A DNA stretch of 64,000 bases from NCBI RefSeq assembly GCF_006345805.1, contig NC_043002.1, positions 58,652,001 to 58,716,000 on the forward strand. The letters run 5' to 3'. The stretch is from Octopus sinensis. Its lineage: Eukaryota. Below the pieces are notes generated by a model that had not been told where the DNA came from, made no database searches, and worked only from the letters and a program-made list of their open reading frames with translations. The position numbers and the translations under genes are program-made. Shown piece by piece: positions 14,483-25,990 of the stretch. Numbering within the stretch: position 1 is the first letter of the stretch; each line of letters opens with the position of its first letter.

Positions 14483-16049
14483 AGAAAATTTCTTTAAAAA
14501 TTATTGATTTTATGAAAGTTATGAGGAAACAAAGCCAACTCGTGTGAATTTACTGAAACTCTTCTCCCTGTCCTCAGAATTTTTTTTTTTTTTTATTCCA
14601 ACAAATTCCCATATAATCGGAATCTGCACCACCCGAAGCGTATTTTCTGAAAGTTATGAGGAAATAAAGTCGGTGGCAGCACACCTGTGTAGGTATGCCA
14701 GGCTGAAAATATTGTGTGTGAGTGGTGTTGTCTTTAATGTTGTTAGAGAACAATTTCAGAGGAAGTAGACGACAAGATAATTGGTAGTTTTCCCTCGTCT
14801 TAAAATAACATGTCTGTTTTTAAAACTAAGCTGTTGCTTTTTTTTTAGGACAGAGACAATGTTGTTTGTGTACATGTGCGTTGCAGGAGGGAGGGGGTGA
14901 ATAGAAGATGAAGATTTATGAAACTGCCCTCAATATTGTCACATTTAGTCTCACAAAGAAGGAAAAGGCCTGGAATTTTTTTTAATTAAATAATTAATTT
15001 ATTTATTTAGCTACTGAGATACCAAATGGACGAATGAAGTCAGCAGTGTTCCCGCTTAAGTTGTGCGCTTGTGCGCGCGCACACTTACACGTGCATGTGT
15101 GCATACAAGCTTTTCAGGAAGAAATTGAATTCATTTTCTTTTTTAATAGAAGAACTTTGAGCGATAGTTAATCGTATGGATGCGCATATATTTAGCAAAG
15201 AAAGAGAAAATTTGCTTGTTATGCAAACTGCTGTGCATTAACAACCACCTTTTATCAGAGAGAGAGAGAGAGAGAGAGGCGGGGTGGGTGGAAAGTGCCG
15301 TGCGTGTGAAAGACACGCGTCTTTTAGTGTGTGTAGATTTCTATGGAATCATTATTTCTTTATAAACGGTTAACGCCAATGTTTGCTTCCTGTATAAATT
15401 GTTGAAAATCGCTGCAGTTGATGGTACAAAAGACGCTTGGGTATTATTTGACGCACCTCAATTTCAGCCGCGCATAAACGAGTAAAAGAGAAACAATCAG
15501 TACTTCAAAGCATATATTTGAGACCCAGATTTGTATACAGAACCCAGGGTGATTATTGCACACCGCATATTATTAAATTAAAATTCATGGATAATTTCCA
15601 TTACCTTTCAAAACAATCACTTTGCTGGAATCATCCCGTTCTTAGAATTCCCCATCCCCTACATAGTTGTAAGGTCTTCCTATTTTGGTATACGACAGAA
15701 GCCTAGTTCCTTGAGGGCCAAGACTAAGGGTTGGCAAACTTCTTGTATTGTTGACCCCTTCATGGAATCGTCGGTAACTTATTGAGCCCCGTTATGTAAA
15801 TTTCTAAAATAAAATTAAAAAGTATAATTAGTAAAATAATTCTTGATTGTTAAAACAATCACTCCTTAGTTCTTTTGTGTCGTTATTGCTTTTTATTAAG
15901 AAATATTTGAAGAGGAAATTTAATGAAAATACTTAACGAAATAGATCAAGAACATTAAAAATTGAGTGACATGTTGATATAGTCGGAATATTTCATATGA
16001 AATCTGTTTCCTGAATACTAGTTCGCAGTATTGACCAAACCATCAGATG

Positions 16050-16530
16050 ATGTTATATACCGCTGGTCACAATGCGCTTCCAATTCTACCTTGATCGCGT
16101 CGTTGTTTTCTATCTTGACCAAATTGATCGTCTCCCATTGTTGTAGAGGCCTTCCAGGTGGTTTTTTTTTTTTCGCTCTTTTGAATACCACTCGGCAACT
16201 GTTCGGGTCCTCCTCTTGTCTGTGAACCTTGCAACATATCCAATTCAGTGGAACCTGTGCATTCGCTATTCTGTGAGCACATCGTTCACTCTACTTCGTT
16301 CTTGAATGATCTCATTTCGAATCTGCTCTCGTAATGATATTCCTCGCATGGACCTTTCCATGATCCTTTGCGTCGTAACCAATCGATGTTCAATCCTCTT
16401 CGTCGTCGCCCACATCTCACTTGCGTATACGAGCGCAGGTAGGGCGGTGCTAGTCATTGCATCGATATTTGGCTGGAAATTAGCCTTAAATTACCCATGC
16501 TCTTCCTGATTCAGTTCGTAAATAATTGAG
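16050..16530 (-). mobile_element. RTE-clade LINE C-terminal fragment
   Basis: ALPALVYASEMWATTKRIEHRLVTTQRIMERSMRGISLREQIRNEIIQERSRVNDV...FHWIGYVAR...EWY, with stops. Confidence 0.8.
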
Positions 16531-16624
16531 TCCCCTCAATGCCCAAACTTATTTCAGGTGGTTATCGACTTCCTGTATAGTTACATAGACCCTCACCCAT
16601 CTGCTGGGGCCAAGTTTGATCACT

Positions 16625-16832
16625 TTGGTCTAGAGGGTAATAAAATAAAAATAAATGTTTCCTTGTCGAGCTATGCCAGGCTAATGAGGGCCACTCCGTC
16701 GCAAGGTTACTCATTTTCGCCAGCTGAGTGAACTGGACCAACGTGAAATGAAGTGTTTCGCTCAAGAACACAACGCATCGCCCGGTCCAGGAATCGAAAC
16801 CACAATCTTACGATCCTAAGTCCAACACCCTG
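16625..16832 (-). mobile_element. tRNA-derived CORE-like SINE (related copy at about 28975-29120, plus strand)
   Basis: GGTTTCGATTCC B box followed by GTGTTCTTGAGCGAAACACTT...CCAGTTCACTCAGCTGG..AATGAGTAACC. Confidence 0.6.
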
Positions 16833-17189
16833 TAGGCATCTAGCTTGACCTTGTCTGAGATTTGAAACCAAATCCACCGGCTTGTTGCTTGTCAAAACGA
16901 GCGGGAATCCACTCCACACCAGATGATTGATGAGGAAACACTCGACCTACAACCCTAACCACCAAGCCATGCGCCGTCACCTAGAGGGAAATTAACATAT
17001 TATTTCTGAGTAAGATATGGGCCAAACAGATCCAAGGACCCAGTTTTCAGTGATGTGGTAGTACTATTAATAAATTACACAAAATCTCTTATCTCAAAAT
17101 GTTAACGTTGATGAAAAGGTGATCATTTAGTAGCCTGTAGTAAAATATTTCCCGAAATCTGTAAAAATGGTGGGGGGGGGAGTGCGGGA

Positions 17190-17440
17190 TGAATGAATAT
17201 TGCTTGTGGTCGTAACATCTCTGCAAAAGAATTTGACAAGCTCAGAAAATATAAAGATTTGCTTATTGAAATCGAAATGATGTGGAATTTCAAGGCGGTT
17301 ACAATACCAGTGATTGTATGAGCACTAGCAATAATAATAAAAAAGAGGGAGCTGAAAATTATTTGAGCGTGATCCCTGGTTTTAACTTGTAGTCACAAGT
17401 ATTGAGAAGAGCAATGTCGCCGTGAGAACAATTACCAGCC
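17190..17440 (+). mobile_element. R4/Dong-like non-LTR element, restriction-like endonuclease C-terminal fragment
   Basis: NISAKEFDKLRKYKDLLIEIEMMWNFKAVTIPVIV*ALA...VLRRAMS resembles the KE.EK..KY..L..E...MW....VPV..GALG motif. Confidence 0.7.
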
Positions 17441-18608
17441 ATGCAAATAATTTTTTAAATGTTTTATTTGATTAGGGAGATGAACAATCGGGTGTGTTTA
17501 TTCTAATGGCCTGTCAATGTATACAGTAAGTTTTTTTGTTTGGTTTTTGGTTTTTTTGCCCTGTGGTAGGGGGTCGGGTAGACACTCGGCAAGAAATGGA
17601 AACAAAATTGAAAGAAGAAAAACTCAAAATAATAATCACGTTTTCAAGTTTTGACACCAGGGCAGCAATTTCGAGATGGAGTAATTCGATTACCTCGATC
17701 CCAGTGCCTAACTGGTACTTATTTCATCGATCCCGTGAGGATGAAAGCAAAGTCGACATCAGTGGGATTTGAACTCAGAACGTAAAAACGGACGAAACGC
17801 CGCTAAGCATTTTGTCCGTCATGCTAAGGATTCTGCCAGCTCGCCGCCTTAATTGATTTCAGCACAATGCCAGCAAGTTCAGGGGAAGGGCTAAGTCAAT
17901 TAAATTGACCCCAATGTTCAACTGGTACTTATTGTATCGACCCTACGGAATTTGAACTCACAATATAAAGACGGACGAAATGCAACTAAGTCTTTTTTTA
18001 TGTCCGGTGTGCTAACGATTCTGCCAGCTCACCGCCATATTAATAATCCTTTCTACTGAAGGCACAAGGCCTTGAAATTTTGAGAGAGGGGACTAGTTGA
18101 TTACATCGACCCCACTGTTGTACTGGCACTTAGTTTATCGACCCCGAAAGGATGAAAGGCAAAGTCGACCTCGGCGGAATTTGAACTCAGAACGTAAAGA
18201 TGAACGAAATGCCACTGTGCATTTTATCCGGCACCTTCGCCGCCTTATTATAATAATAGGCTTGATAGCTGCTTTGCCTCCTCATCAGGAAAGAATGTCG
18301 CTAAAATTAAACAGCACCCATCAACCGTTATTTGCTGCTACGGTTGGTATATCGTTATCCTACGTCTGTTGTTTCTTGTCTCGTTTTTGTTGCAGAAAAC
18401 CGTCCCAACGACTAAAAGAGGGTCAGGAACTTAATATTTATGAAATATCTTCTTTGATTGTTTCTCCAGAATCGATCACTAATCTCATTTCTCTCCCCCT
18501 CTCTCTCTCTCTCTCTCTAGTTTCTATCCTTTTAGATACCTGTATGAGAGTGTAGATATATACATGTATATGAATGTGTAGTGTATATATATATGTGTGT
18601 GTGTGTTA

Positions 18609-18650
<42 letters not shown>

Positions 18651-18677
18651 ATATATCCTCTCTCTGTTTATTTCCTC

Positions 18678-18815
18678 GTGTTCCTTTCTGTTGAAGAGCG
18701 TAGGCTCGAAACGTAAAAGACATTCTCGCTTTCCTGAGCGTCAAACTTATACACCTGCTTGTTGTTCATACACCTGTCTTCGTCTTTTGTTTTTCTGTAA
18801 ATTTCAACTAATATT
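18678..18815 (+). mobile_element. Penelope-type terminal repeat with variant hammerhead motif (CTGTTGA core)
   Basis: CTTT-CTGTTGA-A-GAGC(GTAG)GCTC-GAAAC-GTA-AAAG followed by a family tail. Decayed copies at about 11640-11800 (-) and 41690-41830 (+). Confidence 0.6.
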
Positions 18816-20034
18816 ACTGTCGTTACCGTCTTGCTTTTTTTACCCCTCTGCGAAAAGATCTCAGAATTTTAATTGATTTGCTTTTCGCAGGAAGGAAGTT
18901 TTCTTCGAAGTATACGTCTCGCTTTTATCCTTCGAAACGTTTAGTAGATGAAACCTTAGCGACTGAAGAAGGGGATTTTTCGTTGTGCTTATTGTCCTGT
19001 ATCTCTTTTTTTGCTTGTCTTGTTCCTTGGTTTGTGTCTATGTTTTTCGTCTCTCTATGTGTTCGACGTCTTTTTGGTGTCCTGTACACATATATGCGTG
19101 TATATGTACATGTAGAGGTAGGTACGTACATATATGTTTATATATATGCATATGTTCTATTTTATTAACATATTATACGACTAAACGCACGCACCCTATT
19201 AAGTAAGATTGTTCTGTTTATCAAGTTAGCCTTGATATTAACTCTCACGCGACTCTGCATCTTTCTTTCTTTCTCTCCCATTCCCTTTTTCGTTTTTTTT
19301 TTTTCCCTCACTTAACTTGTCTCTTCCTCTCTCTCTCATTCTTCATTCTCTCTCTCCCTTTCACCATTCTTCATGGTCTCCTCGCACCATTCCCCTTCTT
19401 CTCTCTCTTCCTCTTGCTCCTCCTCCCCCATTGCCGTCGTCCATCTGCGACGATACTTCCGTCGTAACTGCTATCCTGTCTTTTCTCGCCCGCCTTCTAA
19501 GGCTACTGGTCGACATTTTTTTCTCTCTCGTCGTCCACTATAATCCAGCGTTTGCAATACTTTTTTCGTCTGGCGTTAACAGCCCTTCTTATCTTGTTCT
19601 CCTTGTCCTGTCTCTCACTGTTATATATTTATTTTTCCACTGTTTATATATATATTTTTTACTGTTTATATGTTTGTACTGTCGTTACCGTCTTGCTTTT
19701 TTTACCCCTCTGCGAAAAGATCTCAGAATTTTAATTGATTTGCTTTTCGCAGGAAGGAAGTTTTCTTCGAAGTATACGTCTCGCTTTTATCCTTCGAAAC
19801 GTTTAGTAGATGAAACCTTAGCGACTGAAGAAGGGGATTTTTCGTTGTGCTTATTGTCCTGTATCTCTTTTTTGCTTGTCTTGTTCCTTGGTTTGTGTCT
19901 ATGTTTTTCGTCTCTCTATGTGTTCGACGTCTTTTTGGTGTCCTGTACACATATATGCGTGTATATGTACATGTAGAGGTAGGTACGTACATATATGTTT
20001 ATATATATGCATATGTTCTATTTTATTAACATAT
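18815..20034. repeat. young element with 359-bp near-identical direct terminal repeats (18815-19173 and 19677-20034)
   Basis: By-eye alignment shows a single T-run indel between the two copies; period 862 bp; CpG-rich interior. Confidence 0.9.
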
Positions 20035-20636
20035 ATATATATATATATATATATTTCCTTATTGGAGTTGGTTTTATATATGTTGGAAAAATAAATAAGT
20101 AAATAAATGGAAATTTTAAATATATATATATATACTCTATATATATATATAGATATACATACGTACATGTGTGTATATGTGTATATAATATATATTCATA
20201 TATACGTACATATTGTCTTTGTGTATGCATTATATATATACACAATCATTTTTTTTTTCAGTGTATGACCACAAATTCGAAAGTGTAAAATATATGAAAG
20301 CAACATTAAAATTTTGCAAATAATAATAATAAACGAATGCTTAAAATTTTTAAAAAACCTGAGGGTGGGATAAAAATTTGAGTAGGTGGTGGTGGTAGTG
20401 ATGGGGAGAGGCGGGGGCAACATCGTAAAATTTCGTCGTTGGAAACAGGAGACGGAAGAAATTAATTGGAGGGAGGGGAGGAGGAAACTCAGCAGCAACA
20501 TAAAGGGTGGAGTGCTTAGTTGACACGCCCGCCTGGACACTGCTGAATGGTATATAATGTCAATAGTTCCAGGTTAAGTTAACGATCACTGACGGATAGA
20601 GTGCCCCCCACCCACACACACACATATATATATATA

Positions 20637-20900
20637 TCATCATTTAACGTCCGTTGTCCATTCTGGCATGGGTTCGACGGTTTAACCGGGCTGACACATT
20701 GGAAGGCTGCACCAGACTCCAGTCTGATTTGACATGGTTTTCTACGGCTGGATGCCCTTCCTAACACCAACCACTCCGAGAGTGTAACGGGTGATTTTAC
20801 GTACCACCGGCACGGGTACCATTTGCGTGACACCAAGGTGCTTTTACGTGCCACCGGCACGGATGCCATTTTGCGTGACACCAGTATCTGCCACGACTGC
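20637..20900 (-). mobile_element. SINE/LINE-tail family S3 ending in (GAT)n (many copies, e.g. 7430, 26808, 29470, 49370, 51250, 52300, 56905)
   Basis: Shared TGGTTGGCGTTAGGAAGGGCATCCAGCTGTAGAAAC...CCAACCCATGCCAGCATGGAAA...ACGTTAAATGATGATG. Confidence 0.8.
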
Positions 20901-22046
20901 GATTTTGTTCAGTTTGATGGGTCTTCTTCTCAAGCACAACATAATGCCAGAGGTCTCGGTCATTGCCTCCGTGAAGCCCAACGCTCGAAAGGAACTCAGC
21001 CACTTTGCCTCCGTGGTGGGCTTCTTTCAGTTTCCATCTATCAAATCCACTCACAAGGCTTTGGCTAGCCCGAGGCTATAGTAGAAGACACTTGCCGAAG
21101 GTTCCACGCAGTGGAACTGAACCTGGCGTAGCTAGCTTCTTATCTCACAGCCATGCCTATCAGGGAAAGATTTTTAATCGGCAAAAGTTACCAAGTGATT
21201 CAAGGACCGAGAGTTTCGTGTATGGTACTTACCAAACTTATACATACACATTATGCACGTGCGCGTGTGTGAAATGAAGATAAACACAATTTATATCAAA
21301 AGAGCCTACGCGCATTTCACTATTGTGGTTGTTGAGAACCTTGCGACAAATGTTCCAGATGCTCAACCACAGAGGTTAAATCAATTTACAGATGACTATT
21401 GATATATAGGCGGCGAGCTGGCAGAATCGCTTGCACGCCGGACGAAATGCTTAGCAGCACTTCGTTCGTGCTTACGTTCTGAGTTCAAATTCCGCCTAAG
21501 TCGACTTTGTTTCTCGTCTCTTTCGAGAATCGATAAAATAGCTACCAGTTGAGCACTAGGGTCGGTGTAATTGACTAGGCCCCGAAATTGCTGACCTTGT
21601 GCCAAAATTTGAAACCCATTTACAGATAGCTAGCAGCTAAGCCCAGTTTCACCCGGTCTGTTTGGATGATGTGGCTGTGATCGTTTTTGGTTAGGCATAA
21701 TCTATAACAGCGTTTGTCAACCATATCATTTCGGGTCCCCTGTTTCGAGTGGAGCCTCCAACTATGTGAAAATTTCCTGACCCCCACCCCGTCAGAAAAC
21801 AGTTTCTAAGCAACTGGTTGTTTTAATGGCAGAAGAAAGGAAAATTTTATAAGAAAACGTTTTAATCGATTTTCTCGGTAAGTATGGGGGGTTAGGAAAA
21901 AAATACAAACTGCATTCCAATCTATGCACCTGTCTCCACATGTGTGCCATTTTTCATGCGAATCCACCCAGCCGTTTGCCTGTGAACCTCAAGACAAGAA
22001 AGAATACAACGATTGCCCATGTCCAATTTATATTATAGATTATATT

Positions 22047-22272
22047 CGAGCTGGCAGAACGGTTAGCACGCCGGGCGAAATGCGTAGCCGTATTTCGTCT
22101 GTCGTTACGTTCTGAGTTCAAATTCCGCCGAGGTCAACTTTGCCTTTCATCCTTTCGGGGTCGATAAATAAAGTACCACTTTCGCACTGGGGTCGATGTA
22201 ATCGACTTAATCCGTTAGTCTGTCCTTGTTTGTCCCCTCTATGTTTAGCCCCTTGTGGACAGTAAAGAAATA
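22047..22272 (+). mobile_element. tRNA-derived SINE (family S1; about 20 copies, e.g. 4485, 9430, 17660, 21405, 44708, 48343)
   Basis: GAGCTGGCAGAACGGTTAGC...TTCTGAGTTCAAATTCC head, GTCGACTTTGCCTTTCATCCTTTCGGGGTCGATAA central domain (resembles the MetaSINE domain as I recall it), tail AAAGAAATA. Confidence 0.88.
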
Positions 22273-22972
22273 TATATTTATGAGAGACAAAAGGAAAGAG
22301 AAGCGAGAGAGAGAGAGAGAGAAGAGAAGAGAGAGAGAGATGATACTGTCGAGTTTCCTGCCAAATAACAAATTGATTTTCCTTCAGTTTCGGCCTACCT
22401 ATGAACAACTACTACCAGAACCACCTTGTGTTCTTCCATTCCATTATTGCGTATATCGTAAAGAAATAGAAAATTTTGATTTTGATTTGGAGAGAGAGAT
22501 TTTTAAAGCTGGTTGTAAAAAAAATCTGTTTGAATTATAATTATCCGGGAACCGGACGTTTTGGAGGAAGTAGAGAAAAATTTCAGACCCAAAATTCGTT
22601 TCAAAATGGGTATTTTACTTTAGAAAAAAAAAGCACTTTTTCTCTTATCTAAGCATTATTTTTTATTTCCAATATAGGAAATCTGCTTATAATTATCTAA
22701 AATATATTTTAAATGAAATTGTCTCCAAAAATCTACACACTGAAACCCAACTACACCTGTCTAAACTACACCTGTCTCTCTCTCTCTCTCTATTTCTCTC
22801 GTGGTTTCACTCATACACGTAAAAACGTGTACACACACATATATACAGGCACGCATACACACACACACACACATATATATATATTAAATAATAAAGGTAG
22901 AAATTGATATTAATCAATTAAAACCAGTGGCTTAGCATATTCAAAAAATCCGAAGATTAAAAATTGTGTTAC

Positions 22973-23223
22973 ATACAAAATTTAGAGGACTGACCACTAA
23001 AGTGGACATCCTATATGCTAAACATAGACGTCAAATCGCCATTACCACGAAGAATGTGATCTCAAGAAAAATCTCAGCAAAAAAAACAAAATACATTTTT
23101 TTACATTTTGTTTTTTTGCTGAGATTTTTCTTGAGAACACATTCTTCGTGGTAATGGCGATTTGACGTCTATGTTTAGCATATAAGTTGTCCACTTTAGT
23201 GGTCAGTCCTCTAAATTTTGTAT
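22973..23223. repeat. near-perfect fold-back palindrome (about 119-bp arms, 12-nt loop)
   Basis: 22973-23092 is the reverse complement of 23105-23223 with 3 mismatches and one A/T-run indel; flanked by TA. Confidence 0.95.
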
Positions 23224-23815
23224 TTATATATATTTATTTATTTATATAGACAGGCATCTATCTGTCTATATATATATATATAGATATATATATATATATA
23301 CACACACACAAATATATATAAACATTCACATATACATACATGTGTCTGTATGTGCGTGCATGTGTGTGTTTGTGTGTATTCGTCTGTGTCTGTAGTGAAA
23401 TGGAAAAAATGAAAACCAAGCTAGCTGGTAATCGAAGTACTTAAGAGTTGTAACTAATTCCCAGATCAATGAAATTCCAGTGAAAGCAGCAAAAATATCC
23501 AGCATTCATGGAACCACGTTTTGGTCATAGACAGGATTGAAGGATGACAAGCGTTGAGGCAGCATCCAAGGAATAGTTGTTCCACTCTGATTCTTCATGT
23601 AACGTTACCAAACAGGAGAGGTAAAAATCGATTGGAATGGATCTGCTATTAAGAAATAACGATGGAATGAGAAGGAACATTATATTATATTTTGAATATA
23701 TATATATAAACACACACACACACACACACACATTGTGTGTGCGTGTGTATCTCTTAGTAGCAGATCCATGCCAATCGATTTTTACTTCTCATTCTCTCTA
23801 CTATAGATATATACA

Positions 23816-24054
23816 CAGTAATCCCTCGACTATCGTGGATGTTTCGTTCCAACTTCTTCCCCCCCCCACCCACCTACGCGATAGGTGAAAATCCGGGAAG
23901 TAGAAACAGTACTGTATATATTTTTAAAAAATTATTTTTGATAATTTGTATATATTTGTTTTATTATAAAAGCAAAACAACACCACAGAGGAATCGACGT
24001 AAGCTTAAATAATAAACTGCGATAGGTGAACCGCGATGTGGCGAGGGGTTACTG
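23816..24054. mobile_element. Tigger/pogo-like MITE
   Basis: Termini CAGTAATCCCTCGACTATCGTGG and CCGCGATGTGGCGAGGGGTTACTG, followed by TA. Confidence 0.75.
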
Positions 24055-24671
24055 TACATATATATGTGTGTGTGTGTGTGTGTGTAGGGAGAGAGAAAAA
24101 GAGAGAAAGAAAGAAAAAGATACATATAATTTCCTTTTATCTTTTACTTGTTTCATTCATTGGAAGGCGGCCATACTGGGGCAATGCCTTGAACGGTTTA
24201 GTCGAACAAATAATTTCAGTACGTATTTTTTTGTATCGGTGTCTTTTGTTGAACCGCTAAGTTACGGGGATGTAAACGACCCAACAGCGGTTGTCTAGTG
24301 CGATGGTAAGGTACAACTACAAACAGAAAGAAGTGCACGCACACACACACACACACAAAATAGGCTTCCACACCGTTTCCATTTACTAAATTCACTCACA
24401 CGGCTCTAGTTAAAAACACTTCCCCAGGTGTCGAATTGTCTGAGCCCAGAACCCTGCTGTTGCAAAACAAACTTTTTAACTTCTCTACTATACATTTCAT
24501 ATTAGGCACCATCATAAGTTTAACGTCCACTTTTCCATCTTTGCATGGGTCGGACGGAACTTGTCCAACCCATGCCAGCGTGTAACATGGGCCTTAAATG
24601 AAGAGGATAATAATGATGTATATATATTATGTATATTATATGTTCAGTATTTATAGATTAAATTACACATT

Positions 24672-24672
24672 T

Positions 24673-24705
<33 letters not shown>

Positions 24706-24785
24706 GCATGTATGTATGTATGTATGTAGGTAGGTATGTAGGTAGGTAGGTATGTAGGTAGGTAGGTAGGTAGGTAGATAGATAA
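24672..24785. repeat. compound tetranucleotide array (GATA)n(GTAT)n(GTAG)n
   Basis: Directly visible. Confidence 0.95.
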
Positions 24786-25214
24786 TGTATATAGTATGTA
24801 TGTATTTCTCCTTTTCTGTAACATAGCGCTTGACTGTATGTATATTTTTTTCCAAAATTGCGAAATTGTGACATAAACGTTTAGTCTCAATTGGAATATT
24901 TTCATGACATCATCTGAAGACCGGCAGAGTTCTTTTATTTTCGTTAAGATTCTTCTATCATTCAATTCAATTTAACTGTTATTGAAATGAACCATTTGAG
25001 CAGAAATCAAGGAATTCGATAGCATGAAAATATAAATCTCTTCATATAATGGTGTATGAACGAAACCACTGACTGACTCCTAGATTTAGCATTAATTTTG
25101 AATGTAAAGATGTAAAGGAAGGCTAAGAAACTTTCAATTTAGGACACTTGGCAACGTTTTTGACAATGAAAATAATCTAAATATATTATTTTCTTATTTA
25201 CTATCATAGCAATG

Positions 25215-25365
25215 TATATCTATCTATCTATCTCCCCTCTCTCTCTATATATATATCTATCTATCTCCCCTCTCTCTCTCTATATATATATATATATCTA
25301 TCTATCTATCTCCCCTCTCTCTCTCTCTATATATATATATATATCTATCTATCTATCTATCTCCC

Positions 25366-25435
<70 letters not shown>
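25215..25435. repeat. higher-order compound microsatellite, 4 x [(CTAT)n-CTCCCCT-(CT)n-(AT)n]
   Basis: Directly visible repeated compound unit. Confidence 0.9.
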
Positions 25436-25440
<5 letters not shown>

Positions 25441-25553
25441 GTATATGCACAGTTATTTCTTTTTGCTCGTTTTATGCCGCAAATTACGTTTTGTGTAATC
25501 TTTCAGCTTTCAAAAACAAATAAATATATCAAATAAGTAAATTATTTGCTTAC

Positions 25554-25556
25554 CAT
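25554..25556 (-). CDS. TUBA: probable ATG-only coding exon 1 of alpha-tubulin paralog A
   Basis: Minus strand reads GCCAAAAAATG|GTAAGC. This is the strongest ATG|GT donor I found between exon 2 and the 3' end of paralog B, in a promoter-like, CpG-containing, repeat-poor segment, and it mirrors the ATG|GTAAGT exon of paralog B. It implies a 14,645-nt intron 1. Confidence 0.6.
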
Positions 25557-25559
25557 TTT

Positions 25560-25990
25560 TTGGCACAAAATATGAGTCTTTAAAAAGAAATTATATTTTT
25601 TTTTCTTTTCTTCGAAAATTGCAGCTAAAAAGCAGCTCACACGAACTTAATGAATCGCAGTGAGGTCTGTCGCTGTTTTGCGCAAAAATGTGCAGATATT
25701 TAAGTGAGCGTCATCCGGGTCTTTAATATAACACCTCCTTCACCACTCTTTAAGCAGGCATACTCACACCCTCCACTCATATCTCATCTCATTCATTATT
25801 TTCTTTCAGTCGCCTGCTACCTTAGTGATGGTGGATTCATATGACAAAATCCCCTTACCTCTATCGGTGTTCCGTATCGAAATTTGACAGGCGTATTTGG
25901 GAAAGCGGACGGGGGGATTTGGGGGGAATTTTTGGAAATTTTTGCAATCAGCCGCGAATGAATCTTGTGTAAATAAATATATTTTCTTTA
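25560..25990 (-). promoter_or_regulatory. candidate 5' UTR/promoter of TUBA-A
   Basis: Repeat-poor and CpG-retaining. TATA-like TATATTAAAG (about 25720-25730) and CTTAAATA (25697-25704), TGACGCTCA CRE/AP-1-like site; directly upstream of the ATG|GTAAGC candidate. Confidence 0.4.

Noticed and set aside
19545-19590. Minus-strand CAGACGA...GCAAAC motif inside the direct-repeat element
   Set aside because: Two core mismatches and no stem II.
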